59,063 nucleotides of DNA from a virus (lineage: Duplodnaviria > Caudoviricetes), in the IMG/VR virus record IMGVR_UViG_3300020401_000020, positions 1 to 59,063 of that record, one strand, 5' to 3'. The position numbers were made by a program, and so were the translations under genes. Below are positions 45,853 through 56,669 of the stretch, in pieces; position 1 is the stretch's first letter; each line of letters begins with the position of its first letter. The notes beneath the pieces were generated by a model. That model searched no databases, was not told the DNA's origin, and worked only from the letters and a program-made list of their open reading frames with translations.

Positions 45853-46820
45853 TGGCAGCATACCTTGACCCAGTAACCAGAGTAGTACAAGAAGACCCGT
45901 TAGCACGGGATTTAAGAACTGATTTTTTAGCTAGTGCTAGAGAACTAGCAGGTACACGAAGACCTGTTGCACAACTAGGTATAGCTGGAATAGACCCATT
46001 ACAGCAACAAGCAATAGACTTGACTGGTGGTTTAGGTGATTTTAGAAACTACTTAACTAGTGCACAAGACATGTTTAGTCCAACTGCTTTTCAACAGTTT
46101 CAAAACCCTTACGAAGATGCAGTAGTGCAAAGAACTATTTCAGATGCTATGGACGCAGATGCTATGAGAAACATAGCAGACAGAGCTAGACAGGTTTCTT
46201 CTGGAGCATTTGGTAGTGAACGTGGACGTTTGATGGAAGGCGAAAGAACTAGACAGTTTGCTAGAGGTCTTGGTGAATCATTAGCAGGTATTAGGTCTAG
46301 AGGTTTTAATCAAGCTAATTTACTTGCTCAACAAGCAGGTACTAATTTCTTAAATATAGGTAATCAACTGCAAAGACAACAGTTAGCACAATTAGGTAGT
46401 TTGCAAGGACTAGGTAATTTAAGAAGAGGTATTGAGCAACAAAGACAAGCAAGTATTTTTGATGCAGCAAACAGAGCATCTTTAGAACCACAACAAAGAC
46501 TAACAAGCTATGGAAACATGTTGGCTGCTCTTATGCCTAAAAACGTATCTACTACACAATACCAAACAGGAGCAGGTCCATCAGCGGCAGAAGGTATTTT
46601 ACAAATGAGCTCTGGTATGGGTCCAAGATTGTTTGGAGCACAGCAAGGTGGCTTTGGACAAACTCTTAGTAATCTTACATCAGGTATAGGAAGTATATTT
46701 AATATGTTCAATCCCGGAAGAACGCCAATAGTCCCGCAGACAGGCGGTGGGTATACTCCTCAAACAGTCCCAGAGTATTCTCCACCTGCAGTCAATAACA
46801 CACCAATGGTAATGGCATAA
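45852..46820 (+). CDS. Internal virion / DNA transfer protein
   Basis: Gln/Ala-rich helical, NPY...V and GAFG..R motifs. Confidence 0.65.
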   Translation: MAAYLDPVTRVVQEDPLARDLRTDFLASARELAGTRRPVAQLGIAGIDPLQQQAIDLTGGLGDFRNYLTSAQDMFSPTAFQQFQNPYEDAVVQRTISDAMDADAMRNIADRARQVSSGAFGSERGRLMEGERTRQFARGLGESLAGIRSRGFNQANLLAQQAGTNFLNIGNQLQRQQLAQLGSLQGLGNLRRGIEQQRQASIFDAANRASLEPQQRLTSYGNMLAALMPKNVSTTQYQTGAGPSAAEGILQMSSGMGPRLFGAQQGGFGQTLSNLTSGIGSIFNMFNPGRTPIVPQTGGGYTPQTVPEYSPPAVNNTPMVMA

Positions 46821-46821
46821 C

Positions 46822-48537
46822 ATGACTTGGCGTAATAGAAATTTATTTAGAAATAAAGCAGTCCCTGTACAAAAGTTTAATATGGGTGGCTCTGTTAGAG
46901 GTGTTGAGGCATTAAAAAATGTTGCTCCAACACTGAGCACTTTTGATTATGACAATGCCGTCAACATGATGGGCGGTGGTATGGTTGATATGCCTGTACC
47001 ACAAATGGACTTAGGTGGTATTGCTCCTAAGATGTTCGAATCTGGAGATTCTGCACTTAACGAAGCATTAAATACTCAAGCAGCTGTTGACACAATGAAT
47101 CAATCACTTATGACAGGTGGTGGTGACGCTGTTCCACAAAGCATGATGGCAGCAACACCTATGGCAGAAGAAACACCTATGACGAACGAAGGACCAAGGA
47201 CTTCTAATGGTGGTGCAGAAGAGTTTACCGCTCAAGCTTTAGAAGAAGCAAAACAAAGTTCACAAGATACTATTGCTGTAGCTATGTCTGAAATAGAAAA
47301 AGAAATAGACAGTATGGAAGAAGTATCTGTAGATGAAATGAAAAACTTAGCAGAACTTATAGTAAGACAACAACAAAGATTAGATGATGCAGCAGTTCAA
47401 CTTACAAAAACTATGGGACTAGGAGAACAGCCAGATATTACATTATTTGATAATGAGTTTGAAAGAGAAATAGAGAAGAAATATCCTTTAGTTGCTGCAG
47501 CTTTGGCAAAAACTTTACCTAATGTAATGGACACAGACAAACTTGTAGCTACAGCTATGCCTTCTGGCGATACTCCTGTAGCAACAATGCAAGAAGGTGG
47601 AGACCCTGCAGATGCAACAGGAAAAACAGATGAACAAATTAAAATAGAAGCTCTCGAAAAAGCAAGACAACTTGGAAGAGAAATAGAGGCTCATAAACAA
47701 GAAGCCATTAGGCTTAGAGGTCTACCTACTCCTCAAGAAGAAAAAGCTAAACTAGAAGATGAAGCAGCAGCAAAGAAACAAAAACAACTTGACATACTAG
47801 ACCAACAAATTGCAGGTGGCATAGTGGTGCAAAGAGAAAAAGAAGTAACGACTCCTCAAACCGGAAAAGAATATGTTGAACGAGATATTGCAGGTCGAGT
47901 AATGGGCAATCAAAGAACCTTTGAAGACGTTGTAGAACAACCAGCTGTACAACAAATATTCAGCGACTTAGATGATATGGCTAAAAAAATGGGCTTTGGT
48001 AATATAAAAGACACCAAGGTAACTGGTACTGGGGCAATGACTCAAGCTATTAGAGATAAAGCCAAAGGTGAAGCAGCAGGTGACGCAATTAAGCTACAGG
48101 CAAAAACAAAACTATTAGGCGACATAGAAGGTGACCCTTTTAACACTAAAGGTGGAGCACTAACTACAGCGAAACTAGACCAACTTCTTGAAGGTGACCT
48201 TACATCTGACGCAGCATTTAAAAATGCTAATATAGCAATATATGACTGGTTAGCATCAGGACAACAAATGCCGCCAAGACTTAGAGATAGAATAGGCGTT
48301 GCTACTAGTTTTGACAAGAAAGTTATTAGTGGAACAAGTATGAATTTTATGGATTTATTTGATATGGCTATAGCAGACCCACAAGTTTCAACTTTTATAA
48401 ATAAGCAAGGTAGTGATGAGAAAAAAGTGGTAAAAAGAAAATTAATAGATACTTTAGTAAACGCATGGAATAGCGGTCAGTTTAATATAAGACAATTATA
48501 TTTAGCTTTGGGTATTGCAAAGAAAACAGAAGAATAA
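46822..48537 (+). CDS. Internal virion protein
   Basis: 571 aa helical with repeated xxGGxV motifs. Confidence 0.6.
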   Translation: MTWRNRNLFRNKAVPVQKFNMGGSVRGVEALKNVAPTLSTFDYDNAVNMMGGGMVDMPVPQMDLGGIAPKMFESGDSALNEALNTQAAVDTMNQSLMTGGGDAVPQSMMAATPMAEETPMTNEGPRTSNGGAEEFTAQALEEAKQSSQDTIAVAMSEIEKEIDSMEEVSVDEMKNLAELIVRQQQRLDDAAVQLTKTMGLGEQPDITLFDNEFEREIEKKYPLVAAALAKTLPNVMDTDKLVATAMPSGDTPVATMQEGGDPADATGKTDEQIKIEALEKARQLGREIEAHKQEAIRLRGLPTPQEEKAKLEDEAAAKKQKQLDILDQQIAGGIVVQREKEVTTPQTGKEYVERDIAGRVMGNQRTFEDVVEQPAVQQIFSDLDDMAKKMGFGNIKDTKVTGTGAMTQAIRDKAKGEAAGDAIKLQAKTKLLGDIEGDPFNTKGGALTTAKLDQLLEGDLTSDAAFKNANIAIYDWLASGQQMPPRLRDRIGVATSFDKKVISGTSMNFMDLFDMAIADPQVSTFINKQGSDEKKVVKRKLIDTLVNAWNSGQFNIRQLYLALGIAKKTEE

Positions 48538-48545
48538 AATGAATC

Positions 48546-51500
48546 ATGTCCACAGAGTTAGATAGATTAAATGAGCTAGAAAAGAAACTTAATAGTTCAA
48601 ATTTATTAACAACTGAAGAACAACAAGAATACAATAATCTTTTTGATAAACTTTATTTAGTAGGTGACGAACAAGACTCTGAAGAGGGCACCGCAAATTT
48701 TTTCGAAGCAATCCAAAAAACTGCACAAAATTTATTCTCTAGTGCTTCTGCTGGGGTAGAAGCTGTTGGTGAATATACTGGTTCAGAAAGCTTAGATAAA
48801 GCTGGAGAACGTGGGCAACAACTTGTACAACCTGCCTTAGAGTCAGGCAAACGACTAAAAACTTTTGATGATATAACAGATGTAGGAGATGCTGCAGATT
48901 GGTTATTTAGCAGTGCTTTTCCACAAGTAGCTACTAGTATTGTAGCTACTTTGCCAACAGCCATAGCCGGAGCAAAAATAGGTGGAGCAGGTGGAGCAGC
49001 TTTACTTGGTCCTGTTGGAGCAGCTGTAGGTGGTATTGGTGGAGGTATATTAGGAGCTTTTTTACCATCAATGTTGATGGGTGCGGGAGAAATATCTAAA
49101 GAAATAAAAGACAGAGGAGGAGATGCTCCCGGAGCAGCTATCGCTGGTGGTGCATTTATGGGTGCATTAGACACACTTTCTATGGCAGTCGGTTTAAGAG
49201 GTATTGCTCCTAAATTATTTAAAAATACCACCATGTTTAGAAGTAACATAGACAGGCTAGTAAATGAAGCAGTAAAAAGAGGAGCACCTCCAGCTAAATT
49301 TAAAACTGCACTAACTCACGCTTTACAAGGAGCAATACTTGAAGGGGGAGTAGAGGTTTCGCAAGAAGCTTTTGCTGACTGGGTAGCAGAAAATCAAACT
49401 GATATTGCAAGTCCTGAAGGAGAACTAGCAGGTAGGTTATATGAAACCTTTACTTTAGGTGCTTTGGGTGGAGGAGCTTTTGGTTACGCTGGTGGTGCAA
49501 GTCAAGCAAAAAATATACAACAAAACTTTGATGCTTTAAAAGAAGTAGAAAGTATTGAACAAGCTGCTGAAGCAAAAGCAAATCAATTTATGGCAGATGA
49601 AAAAATAGATGACATGATTGAAGAACAGTTTAGAACGCATCTATTAAGAAATAATAAAACGGACATATTAGTTTCTTTAAATAAAAGAGGACTAGACGCA
49701 GCTAAAGAACAATACAAGCAAGAATATATTGCTGAAACAAAAGCGAGTGAACTGGCTAAATATGCAATAGACGGTTTACCAGAAGCGACGTTAGGTAAAA
49801 AAACTGAAGAAAAAATAAACGAAATGAGAGCTTTTACTAATCAGCAAATAAATGATATGTATGATGTTCTTAAAAGAGACGTATTAACAAAAGGTTTAGC
49901 ACAAGGTCTTGATAGATATAGTATCAATACTCCTAAAGATGATGTAGATATTGAATCAAAAAGATTTCAATTAGCTCGTAATGAAGTTATGAACGAATAC
50001 ATACAGTTAGCTGATATTGGTATCGCAGATGAAAATAGACTTTTAAGTAGTCCTGCTTTATTTCAACAATACTTAAGAGAAGGTGAAAGTAAAGATATTA
50101 GGCAGTTAATTGAAGAGCACAAAGTTCTGTTTCCTACAGGAGTGGGCACTGAAGCTGGAGTACAAGAACAAAACAGAAACAAAATGTCTAAAGCTGATTT
50201 AAATAAACAAATAGCTGAAAAAAGATTTAAGTTAGCCAACACATTTGAAAATTTACAAATAGGTAAAGAAGAAAGTTTTTTTGCTCCAGAAAGCTATCAA
50301 GCACTGCAAAACATTTGGGTAAATGAAATAGGCAGAAGCAGAGAGCGTATAGTTGACCCATTGTCAGGAAAAGTTACAGCATTTACTGTTCAGCTTAAAA
50401 ACTCACAAAACGCTAGTCCAATTAATCTAACTTTTCAAAAAAGAGTAGATACTAGAACTACTTCAAAAGGAGAAAAAATTCCAACTTCAGTTGAGTACAT
50501 AGCAACTGCAGCAGACGGTGCTGCTAATCCTGAAGTTTATATAGGAAAAACTTTTGAAGATATGATAAATACTGCTGAGTTAAAAAGATATGGAAGTGAG
50601 TTTGACTATAGACTAGACCCAAAAAACGCAGAACAACTTTACGGACCTACTTTAGAGCTAGTTAGTTATGTAGGTAAAGTTAATCAAAATATTAATTACG
50701 ACTCTGGTCCTCAACGTGTACTTCAATTTTTAAATTATTTGTTCAGACCTAGAGGAGCAAAAAAGTCAGAGGCATTTTTTGAACTAGAAAGGAAAAAAAT
50801 AGGTAGGTTAAGAGCTATTGGACACCGCATGGCACAACTTGCCCATGCTTATGATACCGCTGTAGTAAATGAAGTTTTGACAGGGGACAAAACTTACCAA
50901 GAAATAAATAAAATAGGTATGGACTTCTTAACTAACACTCAACAAAAAATGTTTATTCCTTCGGAGTATCAACAGCAGTTAATAAAAGATATACAGGATA
51001 TGGATACAGATACTACTTTTACTGATAAACAAAAAGCAGAAGTTTTAAAGAAAATTAGAAGTGGTAAAGATGAGATAGTCGGACCAAGAACTAACATATT
51101 AGATTTACCTGAAAATATTAGAGCACCTCTTGTTGCTATGAGAACAAACATTGACATATTGACACAAAGAATAAAAGACGAAATACCAAAAAGTATTTTG
51201 CAACAAGAACTTAATGTAGCTGAAATTGTGCCATCTATGTCAGGAGAACCAAGATTGCAAGAAACTACAATGACTATAGATGAAATTATGTCAAAAAGAC
51301 TTGGTTCTTATGTAACTGACCAATACAAAATGTTTGATACTGGCTATAACCCATTTAGTTTCTGGGAAAAATGGTGGGGAACAAAAAAAATAAATGATGT
51401 AAAAGCTAGAGCTATTAAGGCTATAAAACAAAAACCAAAAATAATGGCTGGGCTAAAAGCAGAAGCAGATAGAAAGAAAACAGACGTAGATACTGAGGCA

Positions 51501-53954
51501 ATGTTGTTTTTAGAAGACTTAACTAAAGGGCATTTCAACAGTGATATGGCTGAAATATATGACCCGGGAGGTTTTGTAGTTGCACAAGCAAAACAAGAAG
51601 GAGTAGATAGCCCTGTAGGAAAACTTTTAGAAACAAAAGGTTCGCAAATGATACCTGAAGTTCGAGAACTGTTTGGTTTGTATGATAATCCAGCTCAACT
51701 AGCTGGGATAACTGTAGGTAAGTTATCTAACTTGGTAGAAAACTACGCTTTCTTTAACAGACTATTAGAAACTGATGCTATAAGTGGTCAAAAAATATTT
51801 AGCCCTGTTGCGTCAGAAACATTCGATACAAAAGTACCTTTAATGAATACTCCGTTAGATGGATTTTATACTACAAAAGAAATGGCAGATGCTTTAAACA
51901 CAGCAGCTAAAGATAGAAATGCTTGGCTAGATATTTACAGGTCAACTGTTTTATTTCCAAAAGCACTAGCACAAGCAGGTAAAACAGTATTTAGTCCAAT
52001 GGCACAAATGCGTAATGTTGCTACTGCGAGTTTCTTTTACATGGCTAACGGACATTACTTTGGTAATCCAAGAGAATGGAAACAAGCTTTAGATATAGTA
52101 ATGTCAGAGCTTGGTGCTAAAGGTGTTACTCGAAGCGGTAGAATAACTTTTGATGGGAAACAAGCACAAAAAATTTACGCCAGAATGCAAGAACTTGGCG
52201 TTGTAAATACTAATACAGTGTTAGGTGAGTTGTTAGCAAACATGGAAGACTCGGTTAGATTAGGCATAGATAGTTCTAATGTTGCTGAGCTTTTATATTG
52301 GTTAGGTGATAAAAAAAGAGCAATGTTACCACTTACAGGTAAAGATATAAGTATGGGTAATGTTAGAGGTAATGTTTTAATTAAAGGACCACAAAGAGCT
52401 TATCAAGCAGCAGATGATTATTGGAAAGTCTTAAGTTTTATTGCGGAAAAAAGAAAACTAGAAAACATGTGGTCTAAAAATGAACTAACAGAACTAGGAA
52501 ACTTTGCAAAAGAATATAAAGGCTATCAAACTGGAAGTAATAAATACGAAGACATTATTGAACATATTGCTGCATACAATGTAAGACACACAATACCTAA
52601 CTACGATTACATAGGTAGAGCGGGTAATATTATTAGACAAACGCCTTTAGGTAATTTTATAGCTTTTCCAATAGAAATTATGAGAACTTCTCTTAACATA
52701 ATCAGTATGGGTAAGAGAGAAGCATTTGCTGGTCTTAAATACAATAAGCCTGAACTAACAAGAAGAGGATTAGCAAGAATGATTTCTTACGGGACCATGA
52801 TGTATGGCATACCTGCAACAGCAGTTAGTATGGCAACAGCTATGGCAGAAAATGACACAAGTGATGAAGACGGAATCAGTGACGAACAAATGTTACAGCT
52901 ACGTAGATTAGTTCCTGAATATGCTAAATATAATTATATTGCACCTCTTTCTTTAAAAGACGGTAAGTTTAGGTATATGGATTTAAGTCATTTAGCAGTC
53001 TATGACATGGTGGCACAGATGGTAGATGCTGCAATAGCAACTTATCCAAATGACGATAGAATGCCCGGAGAAGCAACTGAAAGAGTTGTGGAACAACTTT
53101 TTGGATTGTTTGAGCCATTTGGAGAGCCAAGTATTTATACTCAAACTTTGTTGGACATAATTAACAATCAAAAAAATACTTTTAGAGCCAACAGAGGTGG
53201 GGACATAACTAAAGAAAGAGAGTTTGGTGAGAAATTTTTTGATTATGCAGATTATTTTTGGAAAAATGTACAGCCGGGAATTTGGACACAGCTTACAAAT
53301 TTAAGTCTAGCTTTACCTGAGTCTGAAATAAGTTTTAATAAGTATGGTAGAAAGCAAGACTTTGCTGCAGCACTACAAGCATTAAGCGGAGTAAAGGTTT
53401 CTGAAACAGATATTAGAACTACTATACCTTTTAAATTTAGACAGTATCAAAGAGAAGAAAATAACGCTAAAAACATTTTTGATAGTATCTATCAATCAGG
53501 TGCAATACCAGAACAAGAATTAAAAGAAGAATTTATTAGGTCTAATAAAGCTTTATTTAATGCTCAAAAAGAATTGTTTTTAGATGTTAGAGCAGCACTA
53601 GACCTTGGTGTAGACGCAGGATATATTGAAAAACAAAATAAAGATAGAACTGTGTTTGGAACAAAAACAGAAGAACTTGTTTATGAAGGAATGTTTGAAG
53701 ATAGATTAGACTCTAAATATGAAAGATTTATGAACTCACAGTTCACACCTTACAAAGTCCCAGAAGGTCGTAAAAAAACCTATCAAAAAAACACTGAAGA
53801 AATGGCAAGAACCGGTAACTTAACCGGCATAAGAAATGTTAACTGGAGTAAATTCGAAGACTTCTATAATCAACTTGCTGTTAGCACACTCAATTTACAG
53901 AAAGATTGGGACAGTCAAACAGAAGAATTAGTTTCTAAATTTTTAGCAGAGTGA
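48546..53954 (+). CDS. Large internal virion (ejection) protein, 1802 aa
   Basis: Last gene of late region; Gly/Ala N-terminus; K...SP..Q.RN and PLGNF.AFP.E..R motifs. Confidence 0.75.
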   Translation: MSTELDRLNELEKKLNSSNLLTTEEQQEYNNLFDKLYLVGDEQDSEEGTANFFEAIQKTAQNLFSSASAGVEAVGEYTGSESLDKAGERGQQLVQPALESGKRLKTFDDITDVGDAADWLFSSAFPQVATSIVATLPTAIAGAKIGGAGGAALLGPVGAAVGGIGGGILGAFLPSMLMGAGEISKEIKDRGGDAPGAAIAGGAFMGALDTLSMAVGLRGIAPKLFKNTTMFRSNIDRLVNEAVKRGAPPAKFKTALTHALQGAILEGGVEVSQEAFADWVAENQTDIASPEGELAGRLYETFTLGALGGGAFGYAGGASQAKNIQQNFDALKEVESIEQAAEAKANQFMADEKIDDMIEEQFRTHLLRNNKTDILVSLNKRGLDAAKEQYKQEYIAETKASELAKYAIDGLPEATLGKKTEEKINEMRAFTNQQINDMYDVLKRDVLTKGLAQGLDRYSINTPKDDVDIESKRFQLARNEVMNEYIQLADIGIADENRLLSSPALFQQYLREGESKDIRQLIEEHKVLFPTGVGTEAGVQEQNRNKMSKADLNKQIAEKRFKLANTFENLQIGKEESFFAPESYQALQNIWVNEIGRSRERIVDPLSGKVTAFTVQLKNSQNASPINLTFQKRVDTRTTSKGEKIPTSVEYIATAADGAANPEVYIGKTFEDMINTAELKRYGSEFDYRLDPKNAEQLYGPTLELVSYVGKVNQNINYDSGPQRVLQFLNYLFRPRGAKKSEAFFELERKKIGRLRAIGHRMAQLAHAYDTAVVNEVLTGDKTYQEINKIGMDFLTNTQQKMFIPSEYQQQLIKDIQDMDTDTTFTDKQKAEVLKKIRSGKDEIVGPRTNILDLPENIRAPLVAMRTNIDILTQRIKDEIPKSILQQELNVAEIVPSMSGEPRLQETTMTIDEIMSKRLGSYVTDQYKMFDTGYNPFSFWEKWWGTKKINDVKARAIKAIKQKPKIMAGLKAEADRKKTDVDTEAMLFLEDLTKGHFNSDMAEIYDPGGFVVAQAKQEGVDSPVGKLLETKGSQMIPEVRELFGLYDNPAQLAGITVGKLSNLVENYAFFNRLLETDAISGQKIFSPVASETFDTKVPLMNTPLDGFYTTKEMADALNTAAKDRNAWLDIYRSTVLFPKALAQAGKTVFSPMAQMRNVATASFFYMANGHYFGNPREWKQALDIVMSELGAKGVTRSGRITFDGKQAQKIYARMQELGVVNTNTVLGELLANMEDSVRLGIDSSNVAELLYWLGDKKRAMLPLTGKDISMGNVRGNVLIKGPQRAYQAADDYWKVLSFIAEKRKLENMWSKNELTELGNFAKEYKGYQTGSNKYEDIIEHIAAYNVRHTIPNYDYIGRAGNIIRQTPLGNFIAFPIEIMRTSLNIISMGKREAFAGLKYNKPELTRRGLARMISYGTMMYGIPATAVSMATAMAENDTSDEDGISDEQMLQLRRLVPEYAKYNYIAPLSLKDGKFRYMDLSHLAVYDMVAQMVDAAIATYPNDDRMPGEATERVVEQLFGLFEPFGEPSIYTQTLLDIINNQKNTFRANRGGDITKEREFGEKFFDYADYFWKNVQPGIWTQLTNLSLALPESEISFNKYGRKQDFAAALQALSGVKVSETDIRTTIPFKFRQYQREENNAKNIFDSIYQSGAIPEQELKEEFIRSNKALFNAQKELFLDVRAALDLGVDAGYIEKQNKDRTVFGTKTEELVYEGMFEDRLDSKYERFMNSQFTPYKVPEGRKKTYQKNTEEMARTGNLTGIRNVNWSKFEDFYNQLAVSTLNLQKDWDSQTEELVSKFLAE

Positions 53955-54628
53955 TACTTTTCTACTCTGTTTAGCCATAGTTTTGCATACGCTTCAAACT
54001 CTTCTTTCTCTACAATAAACTCTTGATAAATCATGTCGACAGAGCACATGAGAACAACACCTTTCTTAATATCTGTGCCATATAGCTCGTTATGTGCAAG
54101 AGCATACGCAGATAATTGACAGAAATAATCTCCTACCCATTCTCTTCTTTTAGGTTTGTTGGTCTGCTTAAAATCCATAATGGCAGGTTCTCCTTCGAAT
54201 ACACCAATAACATCTGCTCTACCTGCATACTTTTCTGGATAGTACAAAGGTATCTCCAAGCCATATACTTCTTGTATTCTTGGAAACGCTTTTAGTTTTA
54301 TAGTGTTAGCCATTTTAAAAGCTATCTTTTCCTCCGCCGTTGTTGGCGTATACTGCCAAGCGTCGCCATGCCCTATGATATTCTCTAATATATAGTGCAT
54401 GTGCGACCCTCTACTTGCTGCTTCGTTTCTAATTCTATTTGCTTCTTCTTCGCCTACTCGTTTTATCCAATTATCTAAGGTTTTTTGTTTATCTTCGTCT
54501 TTAGTTCCAGACAATACTGTTGTGACAGAAGGTAGCTTCTGCCCATTACAGTCATAGAATCGACCATTAGCGGTGTCTTCACTGCTGAATTCACCGTATT
54601 GGTAGGGGCATTCTTTCAGTAGTTTCAT
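53915..54628 (-). CDS. PD-(D/E)XK exonuclease
   Basis: LPSVTTVL...RG..MH..LE...E..LY...YAG..D...IMDFK...Y..QL.AY. Confidence 0.85.
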   Translation of the reverse strand: MKLLKECPYQYGEFSSEDTANGRFYDCNGQKLPSVTTVLSGTKDEDKQKTLDNWIKRVGEEEANRIRNEAASRGSHMHYILENIIGHGDAWQYTPTTAEEKIAFKMANTIKLKAFPRIQEVYGLEIPLYYPEKYAGRADVIGVFEGEPAIMDFKQTNKPKRREWVGDYFCQLSAYALAHNELYGTDIKKGVVLMCSVDMIYQEFIVEKEEFEAYAKLWLNRVEKYHSAKNLETNSSV

Positions 54629-54795
54629 GTCTTAACTACGTCCTTCACAACACCGTTTTCTATGTCTTCTTCTAAACGTTTCACAGCAAATGCAATAACA
54701 TTGCTTGTTGGACGTTCAGTCATTTTGCCTATTTTTTCTGCAATACCTACAATATCTCTACGTATTGCAACACTTTTCCATCTATTAGTATCCAT
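54625..54795 (-). CDS. Small ribbon-helix-helix-like regulator (56 aa)
   Basis: Manual: MDTNRWKSVAIRRDIVGIAEKIGKMTERPTSNVIAFAV...; AGGAG RBS. Confidence 0.6.
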   Translation of the reverse strand: MDTNRWKSVAIRRDIVGIAEKIGKMTERPTSNVIAFAVKRLEEDIENGVVKDVVKT

Positions 54796-54803
54796 ATTGG
54801 CTC

Positions 54804-56669
54804 CTAGTTATCGGACGACTGCATAGAGTCGCCCCAGTTTTTTCCTAACTCAACGTCTACCTTATTTGGAATAGATAAAGGTACAGCGTTTTCCATTAGG
54901 GTTTTTATTTCAGGTACTGCTTCTTCATTAGGTACAGAAAATACTAATTCATCATGTACCTGTAGAAGTGGCATATACCCACCATTATAGCAGTCAATCA
55001 TGGCTTTCTTAGTCATGTCTGCTGCTGAGCCTTGAATTAATTTATTCAAAGCTTTATACACAAAAGCTCTTTTTATTTCGCCATTGTATTCGTGTACTGC
55101 CTCTCTGTATTTCATGGGTCTGCCCATGCCATACTTAAGAGGTTCCCACATATCAAAGTGACAACGTCTGCCTAACAGAGTTTTGATGTATCCTTTTTGG
55201 TTTGCACTACGCATAACCGAATCTGCTAACTCCCTAACAAAAGGAGCGTATGTATTAAATTTACTTAGTATGTCTGATGCTTCGTCTACTGTAACGGCAA
55301 GTTGGTCTGCTAATTTACCTTTGCCCATACCGTACATAATCCCAAGACCAATAGTCTTTGCTGTCTTTCTATCAATATCCACTAGGTTAGCAACCTCTTG
55401 ATGAAAGTCTGCGTCGCCTTCTAGGTACGCTTCTGCAATATTAGATGCTCCGTCATACTTAGATAAGTGTGAATAGTGTGTAAGTATTCTTGGCTCTTGC
55501 TGACTAAAGTCTGCTGAACACCACGTATGATTTTCTTCCGGGAGAAACAAAGAACGTATAAGTGGTCCTATGTTTTTATTACGTGCAGGTACTTGTTGTA
55601 AGTTTGGATTGCTCATGGACAACCGACCAGTGACTGTACCACCAGACTCACCTTTTAGTTGTCTAATCTCTGCATGTATTCTGCCGTTGTGTTGGTGCTT
55701 TAGTATAGAGTCTATAAACGTGCTGTGTGACTTGTTTAGTTCTCTAGCTTCTCTTATCAAACTAGCTACAGGGTGTGTATGATTTTCTAAGAATGCTTTG
55801 GTAAAGCTAGGCTGACCTGTAGGTGTTCTTAAATAACTTAGCTTAAGTGCATCAAACACTTGAGCCAAAGAACGAGCCGCCCATAGCTGTAAATCTTTTA
55901 CACCAGACTGGTCTTGTATAGACTTAATTAAGTTTTTTTCCTTTGTAATTAGTTCTTTCTTTATCTTCTCTGCTCTTTCTAAATCTACTCTTACACCTAC
56001 TCTTTTCATTTCTATAATGATAGGTAGCAGTTCCATTTCTAAATCAAATACGTTCCACAGGTTTTGTTTTTCTAGTTCTACCTTAAAGTAGTCCCAAAGT
56101 TTTAACGTCAATACTGCATCTTGTGTTGCATACGTTCCTACATATGCAGAAGGTAAACGCCACATCTCTGCTTTAGGGTCTAAACCCCACTCTGCTGCAG
56201 CAGCATTTAGCTCTGCTTCTGTCTTACCTTCATTTAGATACTCTCTGCCTAAACCATTTAGCGAGTAGTAGAACTGGTTTTCGTCTATCAAAGGTGCAAC
56301 TATCATAGTGTCAACAATCTTACCTTTTACTTCTATACCTAAAGTTCTAAGCCAACCTATATCATAAGGTGCATTGTGAAACACTTTAGTATTATCACTA
56401 GCACAGACTTTCTTGAAAAAATCTACGACTTTGTTTTTAGGAAAGTTAAATCCTGTTTCATGACCAAACGGAAAATAACCTTCAAAACCATCACAAGCTA
56501 CAGATATACCTACGACTTCTCCGTCGCCTCTTATATAACCCGGACCAATACTAGTTAGGTTAGGGTCTCTGGTTTCTGTATCTATTGCTATCTGTTTAGC
56601 ATTTACTAATAGTTCTGTTGGAAACACATCTGGTGCTATCCATTCTGTTGCTGGTTTAAATGTACTCAT
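54804..56669 (-). CDS. polA: DNA polymerase family A with 3'-5' exonuclease
   Basis: AIDTET, FHNAPYD, TGRLS...PNLQQ, ADFSQQEPR, AKTIGLGIMYG, IQGSAAD, QVHDEL. Confidence 0.95.
   Translation of the reverse strand: MSTFKPATEWIAPDVFPTELLVNAKQIAIDTETRDPNLTSIGPGYIRGDGEVVGISVACDGFEGYFPFGHETGFNFPKNKVVDFFKKVCASDNTKVFHNAPYDIGWLRTLGIEVKGKIVDTMIVAPLIDENQFYYSLNGLGREYLNEGKTEAELNAAAAEWGLDPKAEMWRLPSAYVGTYATQDAVLTLKLWDYFKVELEKQNLWNVFDLEMELLPIIIEMKRVGVRVDLERAEKIKKELITKEKNLIKSIQDQSGVKDLQLWAARSLAQVFDALKLSYLRTPTGQPSFTKAFLENHTHPVASLIREARELNKSHSTFIDSILKHQHNGRIHAEIRQLKGESGGTVTGRLSMSNPNLQQVPARNKNIGPLIRSLFLPEENHTWCSADFSQQEPRILTHYSHLSKYDGASNIAEAYLEGDADFHQEVANLVDIDRKTAKTIGLGIMYGMGKGKLADQLAVTVDEASDILSKFNTYAPFVRELADSVMRSANQKGYIKTLLGRRCHFDMWEPLKYGMGRPMKYREAVHEYNGEIKRAFVYKALNKLIQGSAADMTKKAMIDCYNGGYMPLLQVHDELVFSVPNEEAVPEIKTLMENAVPLSIPNKVDVELGKNWGDSMQSSDN

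Noticed and set aside
21638-51538. Numerous - strand ORFs within the late region (e.g. 29632..30276, 37933..38427, 48653..49249)
   Set aside because: Antisense to well-supported genes, with no RBS or recognisable motifs.
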